DNA of 64,000 nt from Bacteriovoracaceae bacterium (GCA_965217035.1 OZ244226.1:1160146-1224145), one strand, 5' to 3'. Shown: positions 40,517 to 51,266, numbered from the stretch's first letter. Notes: generated by a model not told the origin, from the sequence alone. Translations and numbers: made by a program.

Positions 40517-41295
40517 ATGAAAAAATTAGTTTTAATTTTTTTTTTCTTATTAATATCACCGAAAATTTCGGAAATCCGATATCTCATGAAAATTTACTAA
40601 GTAAGACTTTTCCAGAATTAGAAAGACTTTCATCAAGAATATTAGAGATTTGTCCTCCTTCTTCATGTCATTTAGTCGGCTTAGGGAGAAGCCCAACTCT
40701 AATTACAACATATTTAAAAAAACAGATCGGAATCAACTATACGACAACACTACCTTTAAGTAAGTTCAGATTTCATAATTTCTCTAATCCAATGAATGAT
40801 ATTTTGGAAAACTCTAGTAGGTTTTTAACAGAACAACAAATAAATAAGTTATTCACTCATTTCGATAATTTTTTATCTCCTATAATTAAAAGTGGTAAAA
40901 AAATAATATTCATCGATTTTGTTCACTCGGGAGCTTCATTACTTGCGACCAGAAATCATCTCGAGCAATTTTTTATTGAGAATCAGTATAAAGTTGAATC
41001 TGAGTTTATAGGCCTTGCTTATAATAAAAATATAAAAAAAATAAAAGCAAAGTATAATATTTATGGAACAACTATCAACAAAATAATACCACTTGATGAT
41101 TATCCTGTCCTTGGAGATTTGATTTTTAATCAAGGATCACTTGCTAAGATCGCAGAGTATCAAGGGTTTGATATCACGAAAAATCGTTTTCCCAAAAAAA
41201 ATAATAAATACTTAAAATTAAAAAAAACATTTGATAAATATTTTGATAACTACACTATTACAAATTGCAGCAAGTATCTTTCAAGAATTTTTTAA
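40517..41295 (+). pseudogene. secreted PRTase-fold-like protein frameshifted in a T10 tract (40536-40545)
   Basis: One extra T fuses MKKLVLIFFF to LINITENFG...CPPSSCHLVGLGRSP...IDFVHSGASL; paralog of 29041-29901. Confidence 0.8.
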
Positions 41296-41650
41296 ACATT
41301 CAGCTAATTTTTCACACTCGAAATGGACGGAAAAATTGAACTTAAAATGACGACTGAAGAAATCGAAAACGCTAATCATAAATCGTCCGTTAATGCCTTA
41401 TTAACCCACTATTTACATGGTGAAGAATACTTATGTGTAGTGTTGACTTGTACCATATAAGCAATTTCAAGTAGATATGAGGTCGTCTTTCACGATATAC
41501 TTTAAAAATTTTAAATTTAGGCGATGTCGATTTTTTAGACAGGTATGTAAATATGAAAGGAATATAAAAAAGAATTAAGTATCCATTGTATATTATATTT
41601 AATTGTTTTGACTATAAACCAAGAGAATAAATTATAGAGAGGATTAATCT

Positions 41651-42127
41651 ATGAAATTTTTATTACTAACTGTATTAAGCACATTTTTTTTAATGATTCA
41701 GGTTCAAGCCAAAAAAGTGAGTTCATCTGTTATTTCTGATATAAGTGATGCATTGAAAAAGACCGAAGAATTTCAGCTTGTAGGCATTGATGATGACTGT
41801 AGTTTCGAAAGTCTTTCTGGATGCGCTAGAAATTATCTTTTATTAACTCTAGGCGAGGACTTTGACGAAGACGACGTAGAATTCTCTCAAGTTGAATTCT
41901 ATGTTGATACAAACGAATTTCCTGTAGGAACGCTCACAAAAGCTTCGGAATTAGGGGTTCCTGATAAAATTATTGATGTCGTTAAGAAACAAAACTTAGA
42001 ACTCGCTTATTTCACAGGATCAATCGCTACCGAAGCAGATGTACATTTCTTTAGTCGTCCGTCAACTAGCTCTTGCATTATTATTCGAGAGAAAACATCT
42101 TCTGAAACAGTCTATGCATGTAGGTAG
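41651..42127 (+). CDS. secreted hypothetical protein
   Basis: GAGG RBS, signal peptide ending VQA, four Cys. Confidence 0.75.
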   Translation: MKFLLLTVLSTFFLMIQVQAKKVSSSVISDISDALKKTEEFQLVGIDDDCSFESLSGCARNYLLLTLGEDFDEDDVEFSQVEFYVDTNEFPVGTLTKASELGVPDKIIDVVKKQNLELAYFTGSIATEADVHFFSRPSTSSCIIIREKTSSETVYACR

Positions 42128-42145
42128 TTTTTAAATTGAGAATTC

Positions 42146-42172
42146 AAGTCGAGGTGAAACATCCTCGACTTT
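42146..42172 (+). terminator. rho-independent terminator
   Basis: AAGTCGAGG-tgaaacat-CCTCGACTT. Confidence 0.65.
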
Positions 42173-42646
42173 ACTATTTAGAAACAATTAACATCTTATA
42201 GAACAAAATAATTTAAAAAATAAGTTTGAAATCAAATCTTCATCAATTTATTGGAGTCCGACTCTCGCGATAAAAGCTTTAGATGAAGTTCTTTCCTTTA
42301 CAGCATTTTCCTTGATTCGTTCGCTTCTTGTAATAGCTCCTCCATAAACTCACCGAGATCACTTTGTAGCTCTACAAGTGATTCATAAAACTTCAGCTTT
42401 AAATAGTGAATGTCATGGTAAAAAATCTGAATGGCGGTTTAGAGAAGAAACTCTTTCAGTATGGAAGTAAAAATCGACTAAGCCTGTAAAAAGCAATTTC
42501 TTATTACTTTTAAGTTGTTTGGAAGTTGCACGTTGAAAATTCATTTCATACAAAGCTTCAAGGTGAAATACTTAGCCTTTAAAACCTGAACAATTTACTC
42601 GGGTATAGGTTAATTTTGATCAATATTTATCCGATATATTTACGTA

Positions 42647-44038
42647 ATGAGGATGAAAACACTTATTTCACTTTTTCTTATATCGCTTACCAATGGGGTG
42701 TATGCTAGTTGTAAAAATTCTCTCGAACTTGCCCTAAATGGAAGCTCTGGGAGTATTCAGAATATTGCTTTGGCATTAAAATGCTTGAATCAATACTATC
42801 TTGGTATGATTCCAGATGATTCATATGAGCTTGGAGTTTCTCAGTATGTTTCTAGCTATAATAGATATGTGGAAAATTACGAAAAGTTATGAAAAAAAGG
42901 AACTAAGTTAAAACTCCAATCTTATGGAGTTGTACCTCTTGCAGATGAAATGGCACTATTTCGTATTCCAAAAAATAACCTTGATAAAGCTGTTAGACTT
43001 GGAATTTTGCCAAGAATCAAATCCTTTGACTATCAAGAGTTGGAAAAACTAACAGATGAGCTTATCAATTCATTTAACCGTAGTGATAGTTCCTTCAACC
43101 TTGAAGTAGCATTTCTCCAAGCGAATAAGAAAGCTCAAGAACATAAACTCTCTTTAATTGAATCTGCTGACCTCATAGGTTTACTCTCGAGAAACGATTA
43201 CAACACTCAAATAAATCGCATTAACTTTAAGAAACTTGAAATTGCAAAGAAATTAAATGAATCAGTAGATTTAAATAACTTGAGAGTTAACTCAAACTCT
43301 CTCGGAAATTCTCAAATAAAAGATATTTTATCAGAAGCTCGTTACAATAGAGCGATAAATGACCTACAGTCAGGTGTTATTGCGATTGAGTCCTTTAATC
43401 GTCAAATGAATGGAGTTTTTGGTAGCTATTTCGAAAGGTGGACTCAAAATGATTTTTTAAATGTAATTATGAAGTCAAACGATGTAAATGGCTCAACACT
43501 TCCTCCACATCTTTGGGGAACCTATTTAAGGTGGTATGGTAACTATTTAGGTGATCATGCCAATGATTTTTCCGCCATAGAAAAAAGTAAGCATTATGGC
43601 CACTGGATGGATCAAGCGATTAGTACACTTGAGGTGTATAATGACCTTGTTCAAAATAATTCGGAAGAGACATTTTTTAGAACATTTGCAGATATTGCTA
43701 CTAATCGAAATATTTCTCAAAGATCTTCATATATTGAAAATTTTGGAAAAGTTCTCTTGCAATTGCAGTACATTGGAGAAACTCTCGAAAAGTTTTCTGA
43801 TTCAAACGAGAAAGTACTTAAGCTCATTAAACTTTCCTCTGAAACAATAACAAACCCCATTAGACGTCTGCATAACGAAATGATTTTGGCTAAAGCTTAC
43901 ATGAAAGGAATGGATGCTAAGAAATACTTTGACGAAATTGCTATTCCCAAAATTAGCGCACTCCCGAAAAAAGAAATGCAAGAACATATGACAGAGATAG
44001 CAGCAGCTCTTACTTGCTCACTACTACTTGATGACTAA
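42647..44038 (+). pseudogene. secreted helical protein split by a single in-frame TGA (42890-42892)
   Basis: ORFs 42647-42892 and 42950-44038 are in the same frame; the linker reads KKGTKLKLQSYGVVPLADE with no other stop. Confidence 0.75.
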
Positions 44039-44049
44039 GAAATACTATA

Positions 44050-44225
44050 AAACTTCAAGTGCTAGCGCCAAACCCTTGCCAGAAAATTTTCAAGACGTTG
44101 GGACGAAATATTTTACTGAAGAAAAACTTGGAAAGATTTAAGGTTTTATTGATTTTCTTTCCACAGTTGCGCTTCATAAAAATGAAGAGCATGCTAAGCT
44201 CAGAGAAGCAAAAAGAACCCAGATA
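44050..44225 (+). pseudogene. remnant of repeated 'B' gene (diverged copy)
   Basis: KPLPENFQDVGTKYFTEEKLGKI*GFIDFL aligns with RPLPENLDEIGMDYFIEDEFAELFGFIDYL at about 51745-51835. Confidence 0.6.
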
Positions 44226-44233
44226 GATAAAAT

Positions 44234-44264
44234 AAAAAAGGCCGAGAATAAACTCTCAGCCTTT
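44234..44264 (-). terminator. module terminator copy 0
   Basis: Minus strand GGCTGAGA-gtttat-TCTCGGCC-TTTTTT; same stem as 48335 and 51986. Confidence 0.75.
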
Positions 44265-44312
44265 ATAAATCGCTAACGCTTGATCGTTTTTCTAGTGATT
44301 TATGAGCGACTA

Positions 44313-45929
44313 CTACTTGATTTTAGAGAAGTCGATAAAGCTGATATCTTTTTCTTTTGCATCAAAACGAGTGAGGTCAAATTTTTTTGGTAGTTTTATT
44401 TGAGATAATGAGCTTGCCATTTCTAGCATTTTCACATCTAAATCTTTTACAAGTGAAAAATCAACTTTCCATAGATTTTTATTCTTAGGCGCAAAGCCTT
44501 TAAGACTCATCTGTGGTAGTTTCGTAGCCACTAAACTATCCAGCTCCTCAAGCATTTTTACAGTAACTCCTTTAGTTTTAGTTAAATCCATGCGAATCAT
44601 TCGAGTGCCTTTTGCATCAAAACCTGTAAAATCAAAGTTTTCAGGTAAGGATATTTTATCAAGATTAATAGCTTGTGATAATTTTTTTGCAGTTATCCCT
44701 TTTACTTTAGAGAAGTCTACATAATGAATATCTCTCGAGAAGTTAATACATGAAACATTAAAACTATCCGGAAATACGAGATAAAATATACGTCCACTAC
44801 TTTCATTGATGTGATTGCATGTTAAATTTTTGGTCTTACTCAGATCAAGTCCGAAAAGAGTTTTATTTTTAAAAGAAACTCCATTTAAGTCGAAGTTTTC
44901 CGGAAAGCTCATCCAGCTAATGTCAGACGAGTTGTTAATATGATTCTTATTAAGACCTTTTACTTTACTGAAGTCGACAAAGTCTAGGCTCATTCCTGTT
45001 GTATTTATTCTTGATATATCTATTCCCTCTGGAATAGTAGTCGGTATTTGCTTCATTTCTTCTAAGTCTTGTGAATGAATACCTGATGTATCAGTGAAAT
45101 TTATTCCATAAAAATCTTTCCCTTTAAAGTCGATATCTGAAAACTTTAAAGGAGGTAGAATAGTGTATGAAATTGTGTCAAAAAGACTTATAATTTTGTT
45201 AGGAATATTTGCAACTTGAGAAAAGTCCGTATTAATTAAGTGCATTCTTTTTGGCCTATAACCTTTCATATCAAGACCACGAGGAAGCTTCACTCCTGTT
45301 GCAGAAGGTGATTGAGATAAAAATTCAACGGTAAAGTTTTTCGCTTCAGTTAGATCGACAGAGTCCAGAGCAAGATGAGGAGCATTAAAACCGTCAAAGT
45401 CAAACCCCTTAGGCAAGACAACTCCTCCAATATAACTAGCTTGACTTAGACTTTTTGCTGTAAGTCCCTTAACTCCAGATAAGTCTGATTTATATAAACT
45501 TTTTCCCGTCAAAGAGACTTTTGAAAAGTCAAAGTCTTTAGGAAACTTTATTCCTGCCAGAGATTTCAAACGATTAATATGTTTTGCATTTAAGCCTTTT
45601 AAGTTTGAAAGATCTGTAAGGTAGAAGTTCTTTCCTTTTGTTTCTAAGTTAGAAACATTAAACCCATCAGGTAGTTTTACTCCTGAAATTTTACGAGCTT
45701 GATTAAGCATATCAATAGTCAAGCCCGAGGTTTTAGAGAAGTCGATATGGGAGATATCTCGTCCTTCTGTTTTTAAACCTTTTAAGCAAAACCCTTTAGG
45801 AAGAGTAATTCCTTTTATGCTTTTTGCATTATTTAACATCTCTATGCTTAGAGTGTATGGTTTCGATTGTTCGCATGACCAAGAAAGTGCAGAGTTGAGC
45901 AGCACTAGAGTTAAAATATATTTTTTCAT
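44313..45929 (-). CDS. secreted tandem-repeat (about 43 aa unit, 11-12 copies) solenoid protein, pentapeptide/LRR-like
   Basis: Units such as GIKFPKDFDFSKVSLTGKSLYKSDLSGVKGLTAKSLSQASYIG; signal peptide. Confidence 0.8.
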   Translation of the reverse strand: MKKYILTLVLLNSALSWSCEQSKPYTLSIEMLNNAKSIKGITLPKGFCLKGLKTEGRDISHIDFSKTSGLTIDMLNQARKISGVKLPDGFNVSNLETKGKNFYLTDLSNLKGLNAKHINRLKSLAGIKFPKDFDFSKVSLTGKSLYKSDLSGVKGLTAKSLSQASYIGGVVLPKGFDFDGFNAPHLALDSVDLTEAKNFTVEFLSQSPSATGVKLPRGLDMKGYRPKRMHLINTDFSQVANIPNKIISLFDTISYTILPPLKFSDIDFKGKDFYGINFTDTSGIHSQDLEEMKQIPTTIPEGIDISRINTTGMSLDFVDFSKVKGLNKNHINNSSDISWMSFPENFDLNGVSFKNKTLFGLDLSKTKNLTCNHINESSGRIFYLVFPDSFNVSCINFSRDIHYVDFSKVKGITAKKLSQAINLDKISLPENFDFTGFDAKGTRMIRMDLTKTKGVTVKMLEELDSLVATKLPQMSLKGFAPKNKNLWKVDFSLVKDLDVKMLEMASSLSQIKLPKKFDLTRFDAKEKDISFIDFSKIK

Positions 45930-45946
45930 TGCAATCCTTTAAGAGT

Positions 45947-46444
45947 TTATTTAGATAATATTTTCCCCAAATAGCTATGAGTTTTAGGTAAAGGAGCACC
46001 TTCGTATCTCTCTATTAGTTTATCTTTCTCATTAAAAATAAAGACAGAGGCGGATGCACTCGCATTCATTGCCACTGAAATAGAATCCCCATCATTCAAC
46101 AAGGAGGTTATAATGGTAAAAGGTATCTTCCCATGATATTGAGAAATAAAGTCATCAATTTCAGCTTGATTATTGTCCGCGACAAGAAGTTTTATATAAG
46201 TATCTGGGTTTTCTTTTTGAATTTTTCTCAAATGATGAATAGATATTTTAAACCAAGGACAATGTGAAAAACCATGAACGACTAAAAGATTCTTTTTTTC
46301 TCCTTTAGAAGAAAACAGAGATTCTTCAGTAGTACCATCTGGATAATAGTGCTTTATTGCTTTTTGAGGAGCAGTTTGCCCTAAAATCATACCCAAAGTA
46401 CTAAAATTAAAAAATAATAGTACAATGGTTAAAAAATGTTTCAT
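45947..46444 (-). CDS. secreted thioredoxin/peroxiredoxin-fold protein with a single Cys
   Basis: LGQTAP, LLVVHGFSHCPW, FIFNEK.KLI.RY.G pattern of AhpC/TlpA-like folds; CxxC incomplete. Confidence 0.65.
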   Translation of the reverse strand: MKHFLTIVLLFFNFSTLGMILGQTAPQKAIKHYYPDGTTEESLFSSKGEKKNLLVVHGFSHCPWFKISIHHLRKIQKENPDTYIKLLVADNNQAEIDDFISQYHGKIPFTIITSLLNDGDSISVAMNASASASVFIFNEKDKLIERYEGAPLPKTHSYLGKILSK

Positions 46445-46739
46445 ATGTTCTCCTAATAAACCTGTATTGTAATTCCCAATTCTCTACTTTCACTCAAAGT
46501 TCAAACAAAATAGATACCAATATTACCTACGGTAAAAGCAATAACTTAGCTCAGCGCAAGGTGCACTTAAGCCAAGTGAAAAGTCCAAATAGCACCAAAG
46601 TGGTACCAGTCAAATTAATATGATTCCAACTGGGTCCACCAAATTTCTATACATCAGTAACATATTCTTTTAAAAATACAAAAATGGAGATCGAAAAATT
46701 AATATTTTCAATGCAAATATTGTTTATATCATCCCAGCT

Positions 46740-47120
46740 TTAAAGGTCTAAAAGGTTTATTTCATCATTATAAGTATTTCGATAAAAAATTCCCCCAAGT
46801 TCATCCAAAACCCAACGTGCTTGATCAGTTTTCATTTCTTGGTCGAAAATGAAGATGATTGCGCAAGAAGGCTTTGGAGCATTTTGTCTATGTTGGAAGT
46901 TCGCAATTTTCAGAAGTGAATAAATATCATTACAGTCACCAATTCTTGTTCCTATGCCTTTATCATAGAGTTGGTCTCCAAAGCCACTCTCTTCAAACTC
47001 TATAAATGCTTGATTGATCGCTTCAAAATCTCTTTTTTGACAAAGCTCTGGGCGAGAAATACGCGAAGCCATAGATGTGAGCGATGTCATTAATAAAATA
47101 GTTTGAAATAGATTCTTCAT
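46740..47120 (-). CDS. secreted hypothetical protein
   Basis: GGAGG RBS and signal peptide. Confidence 0.7.
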   Translation of the reverse strand: MKNLFQTILLMTSLTSMASRISRPELCQKRDFEAINQAFIEFEESGFGDQLYDKGIGTRIGDCNDIYSLLKIANFQHRQNAPKPSCAIIFIFDQEMKTDQARWVLDELGGIFYRNTYNDEINLLDL

Positions 47121-47467
47121 AATTACCTCCAGGTTAAAGTTAAAGCTTTCAACTGAAGCAAGAAAGGACTCATTAGTTCAAGTACTTAAGCAATGTAAAA
47201 AATGGAAAATAAAAAAATCTCAACGTACTCAAGAAAAATTAAAGAGCTAGAAGATTTGCTTTAAAGATACCTTCAGTTCAAGTCTGTTCTTCAGTCGTTC
47301 GTGACGAATAGCTCTATAAGATTTTAAGATGTCGTAAACTATTAAAATAATGAATTTTTCTCAGGAGACTGAATAGTTCAAATTATTATTTGTATGCCAA
47401 AAACGCTGTTTTTAATGAATTATCAATTTGGGTTACAAATGACTTCTTTTTTTATATTTTTCTTTGG

Positions 47468-48028
47468 ATGAACTATGAATCTAAAAGATTAGTTTTTAGA
47501 GACTTTAATGAGTTTGATGTTCAGAATTTATCGTTATTAGACAGCGATAAAGAAGTCATGAAGTTTCTAACGGCAGGAATAACCTTTTCATTTGAGGAGT
47601 CAAAACAAAGACTTCTCGATCTGATTGAGGACAATAAAAGAAACTCACCATTGGGCACTTGGGCCGTCGATCATAAAAACTCAGGGGATTTCGTCGGTCG
47701 ATTTATGCTTAAACAACTTTCAGAATTTGATGCTCCGTCCATTGGATATCGTTTAATCAAGAAATATTGGGGAGAAGGTTTTGCAACTGAGGGAGTAAGT
47801 GCTCTCGTGAAGTATGGGTTCGAAAATCTTAATTTAGATAAGATAGTTGCTATTACAAGTCCTAAAAACAAGCCTTCTATCCGAGTGCTCGAAAAGTCTG
47901 GATTTAGCTATATTCAGAATATTAAATTCTTTAATCCTATCCCAAAAAAGGAAGTGGATACACAGTTTTTTGAAATCCTGAACCCAGAGCGTGGCGGCTC
48001 GAGAACTAGTTATGATAGTGCACATTAG
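47468..48028 (+). CDS. RimJ/RimL-type GNAT N-acetyltransferase
   Basis: ESKRL.FR.F...D, IGYRL...YWG.GFATE, N.PSIRVLEK.GF; the stop codon lies inside repeat B. Confidence 0.88.
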   Translation: MNYESKRLVFRDFNEFDVQNLSLLDSDKEVMKFLTAGITFSFEESKQRLLDLIEDNKRNSPLGTWAVDHKNSGDFVGRFMLKQLSEFDAPSIGYRLIKKYWGEGFATEGVSALVKYGFENLNLDKIVAITSPKNKPSIRVLEKSGFSYIQNIKFFNPIPKKEVDTQFFEILNPERGGSRTSYDSAH

Positions 48029-48331
48029 TCGGAGAGCTTGGAACTGAGATTTTTAATCAAAAGTACCAAGACGCTAGAATTATTAATGAATTTTTTGATG
48101 ATTGAATTTAATTCATAGACGGAAAGGAGATCTCCCTTGAACTGTGTTCAGAAACTCGATAGCTTTCTGAATAAAATAAACGAACAGTTTGTAATTATTT
48201 ACAATCTCTTCTTATTTTTTACGAGGATGGACTATTGAAAATTGTATCACCAGAAAAATACGAAAAAGAATTAAGAAAGCTTCAAACCTTAGTTCAGAAG
48301 CCTTTACCAGAAAATCTTGATGAAATAGGAA
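48018..48331 (+). repeat. repeat B copy 1 (pseudogene remnant)
   Basis: Aligns over about 310 bp with 51458-51780 (GTGCACATTAGTCGGAGAG...CCTTTACCAGAAAA.CTTGATGAAAT.GGAA); multiple stops. Confidence 0.85.
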
Positions 48332-48334
48332 GTT

Positions 48335-48365
48335 AAAAAGCCGAGAAATAAAAACATCTCGGCTT
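48335..48365 (-). terminator. module terminator copy 1
   Basis: AAAAAGCCGAGA-aataaaaaca-TCTCGGCTT. Confidence 0.8.
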
Positions 48366-48449
48366 GATTATAAATTGCTTGTTCTTCGATATTTGTGTTG
48401 GCTATGTACCTAGACTTAAATGGATTCAAACTTAATTTTTTTACTAACC

Positions 48450-49547
48450 TTAATTATCCCACATTTTTTGAATCCTAATTGAATCAAGTTTTTGATAAAA
48501 GCTATAAAACTCAGATTTGTAAAAATTCTTTAAGTCATTCGAGTTTTTTAAATTATATTTTTCCTCAATATAATCTAGAAAATATGCTATCACTTTATTA
48601 TCTTTTAATATAGTTTGAGCATCTGTAGGAAATGTACTCAAAGAATACTCAAGTTCAAATAAAGTGATAAGCTTTGGTATAGTTCTTTCTAAGCTAGTTT
48701 TAGTTTCTAATAAGTGAGTTTTCAGTTTTTCAAGCCTCCATTTACTTGTTCTTTTATACTGAGAATCATTAAGCTTTCTCTTTGCTTTTTTTAGCTCAGA
48801 TATTGCTCGATAATAGAGTTTATAGACCCTCTTTCTGCTCAGGCTTTCAATGTCATGGATGTTTTCATAGGAGCATCTGTATCTATCGATAGGCTTATCA
48901 TAAATAAGCGAAGCATATGAATAATCGGGTTTTAACATCTTATTATAAGATACGATCTCGAGAAATGAATTATGGATTCCATTCTTAGTATAAATAAGTT
49001 TATCCGAAATAAAAACTGCAGTATGATAAATCTCTTTTGGTGATTTGCTTGACGGAAAAAAAGTCTTACTTCTCCACACTATAATATCTTTTGGTTCTGC
49101 TATCTCTTCATCATCCAACTTTCGACAGTTGTTTGAATTTATTAGTAAGCCTAGTTCATTTCTTGTAGCATATCTATTGTAGCTCGAAACTCCACTTTCA
49201 TAAAGAACATGGCTAGTACAGTTCGGCCCAAGCCGACTTAAGCTGATACCCTTGCGTGAGCGAAGAAACCGACTTGGTAAAGCAGATGTTATTTCTAACT
49301 CGCAAAAGTTGCTCCTACAATAGCATTCCGACTTGAAACTAGTATCAGTCTTCTCAGAATAAAACTCAATTTGCTCCTTTTGTGCATAAAGCTTATTACA
49401 TAAGATTTCTTGTGAATTTACATCAGAAACTAACCGTAAATAAACTTCATCAGCTTTTTCTTTTATTATAAAATCTCCGGCAAAAAGAGAAAGAGATTTG
49501 AATGTAAACAATCCCAATAATAATTTTATCATCAAGCTTTCACTCAT
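48450..49547 (-). CDS. secreted NlpC/P60-like (papain-fold) domain protein
   Basis: Signal peptide (probable start MIKLL at 49532); GPNC, P.DIIVW, HTAVFI...LIYTKNG. Confidence 0.7.
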   Translation of the reverse strand: MSESLMIKLLLGLFTFKSLSLFAGDFIIKEKADEVYLRLVSDVNSQEILCNKLYAQKEQIEFYSEKTDTSFKSECYCRSNFCELEITSALPSRFLRSRKGISLSRLGPNCTSHVLYESGVSSYNRYATRNELGLLINSNNCRKLDDEEIAEPKDIIVWRSKTFFPSSKSPKEIYHTAVFISDKLIYTKNGIHNSFLEIVSYNKMLKPDYSYASLIYDKPIDRYRCSYENIHDIESLSRKRVYKLYYRAISELKKAKRKLNDSQYKRTSKWRLEKLKTHLLETKTSLERTIPKLITLFELEYSLSTFPTDAQTILKDNKVIAYFLDYIEEKYNLKNSNDLKNFYKSEFYSFYQKLDSIRIQKMWDN

Positions 49548-49665
49548 TTAACTAATATTTTCAGTGAGCTCTTTGCTCACAATTTCTGTAACTTTTAAAT
49601 ACACAGAATATTACCATGCGCATTATCCTGAGCAATATTTTCTAGATAACCCTGTGAAAATTAAT
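49534..49665 (-). promoter_or_regulatory. repeat A copy 1: conserved promoter/leader
   Basis: Minus-strand TTGCTC-16-(TG)TAATAT and palindrome GTGAGC-tcttt-GCTCAC; aligns with 51267 and 53284. Confidence 0.7.
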
Positions 49666-49879
49666 ATAAAGAAAAGTAACTTTCTCATAAGTTAAAAAAA
49701 TCCTTAATGTAGACTAGTTCAACAACCAAATATTAAAATTTTGGTTCTCACCTTTTATTTCTTTGTCTTTTTGTATTCGCTCGATTTTTTTTGCAAGCAA
49801 ATTTAATTTTTACTCTTCAAGTCTGAGTCTTCTCAAACTTAGATTTTTTATTTAATTAGTGCTTTAAAGTGAGTTTTAA

Positions 49880-50449
49880 TTAATTGTAATAAGGCCATGA
49901 CTTCAAATTAGGATGATAAGTCCTCTTGCGACAATCTAGGTAATACTCAACTTGATAATTCTTCTCTTTTTTCATAACTTTTTTAGTTTCAATATAAAAT
50001 TCATCATCAGTAAGATAATAAGGAACATTATGACTGATTTCGTTTGATTTTCTATATAGAAATTTGTCTTTATGAATGACTTTCCCATTATAATCTTTTA
50101 TCAAGAAAAACAATTTAGTTTTTTTAGATCTTAATAAATAAATATGAAGCTTTAGGTTTTCAAACAATTCTGAAACGTCGTTTTTTGCAACATAGCTAAA
50201 AGACAATACTGTAAACTGTTTTTTTCTTTTCGACTTGCTAAATAATATATCAACTCCATTTATACCGCTCTCAACTACCGCAACCTGCTTTTTGGTTTTT
50301 ATATCTTGAAAAGATACTTCGATATCACAGTCCATATATTGAGGTATTGGTTTTCTACCCTCAGCATAACGATTCACTTCAGGAACCAACTTTTGAGAGA
50401 AAGAAAGGTTCGTCAAAAGCATAAGTGAGATCACGTAAAGTTTCCTCAT
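49880..50449 (-). CDS. secreted basic hypothetical protein
   Basis: Signal peptide ending SFS; one Cys near each end. Confidence 0.72.
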   Translation of the reverse strand: MRKLYVISLMLLTNLSFSQKLVPEVNRYAEGRKPIPQYMDCDIEVSFQDIKTKKQVAVVESGINGVDILFSKSKRKKQFTVLSFSYVAKNDVSELFENLKLHIYLLRSKKTKLFFLIKDYNGKVIHKDKFLYRKSNEISHNVPYYLTDDEFYIETKKVMKKEKNYQVEYYLDCRKRTYHPNLKSWPYYN

Positions 50450-50532
50450 AACTTTTTCCTCATAACTTTTTCCTCATAACTTTTTCCTCATAACTTTTTC
50501 CTCATAACTTTTTCCTCATAACTTTTTCCTCA
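50441..50532 (-). repeat. 14-bp tandem repeat (AGGAAAAAGTTATG) x about 6.5 spanning RBS and start codon
   Basis: CAT at 50447, 50461, 50475, 50489, 50503 and 50517; perfect period of 14. Confidence 0.95.
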
Positions 50533-50733
50533 AAATCTATTTCACTAATATAATATTTTAATTTTTGCTTTCGCTTTTTTATTTTTCGTCTTTATAGTTT
50601 CTGCTCATTAAGCCTAGTTTTTTCGAGCAATATTTCTTTTTTGTTATTTAAGTCCGAGCCTTATCGCCCAGATTTCATTCATTTTTTTAGATTTATAAAG
50701 AAAGACTACATTCATCTCATTTTGAAGAAAGCT

Positions 50734-51255
50734 TTAACGGTAACTAGCTTCATCCATTTCTCTAACAAAATCCCAAAGCATCCATCGTCGCCACCAAGGA
50801 GTTCTTTTTTCCCAAACGATCGTTTTCTCTTGATCCTGAATTGAACATGAAAGAGGAATATCGACTCCATTGCTATCTATTAAAGCTTTTGTGCTTGCTT
50901 GAAAATCACCAAGTTCGCAAACATTGAAGTCAAAAGAAAGTCTTCCTGAATCAAACCCCATCACTCTACCAGGATATCTATCTAAAGGCATATTAACACT
51001 TACAAAGCACCCATCTCTACTCTCTGTCATAATCTCATCTCTCTCTGGATTATGGATACCCGCAGTCTGATCTATAAGTGCAAAAAATGGAATTCCAGAG
51101 TCTGGATCTCTAGACTCTATAATTTCAAAATAAATACCTTCTTCCTGATTGTAGCAGTACAAGCTTTTTTTGTTCATGATTCTACTCATATTGTCTTGAG
51201 CAAATAGAAAAACCGAGTTTATACTAAATATAAAAAAGAACAATACAATCTTCAT
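50734..51255 (-). CDS. secreted hypothetical protein
   Basis: AGGAG RBS, signal peptide ending LFA, four Cys. Confidence 0.72.
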   Translation of the reverse strand: MKIVLFFFIFSINSVFLFAQDNMSRIMNKKSLYCYNQEEGIYFEIIESRDPDSGIPFFALIDQTAGIHNPERDEIMTESRDGCFVSVNMPLDRYPGRVMGFDSGRLSFDFNVCELGDFQASTKALIDSNGVDIPLSCSIQDQEKTIVWEKRTPWWRRWMLWDFVREMDEASYR

Positions 51256-51266
51256 TATTAACTCCT

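Noticed and set aside
42890..42892. Selenocysteine codon
   Set aside because: No redox-motif context and no evident SECIS-like hairpin immediately downstream.
50441..50532. CRISPR array
   Set aside because: Contiguous 14-bp units with no spacers, and no cas genes in the window.
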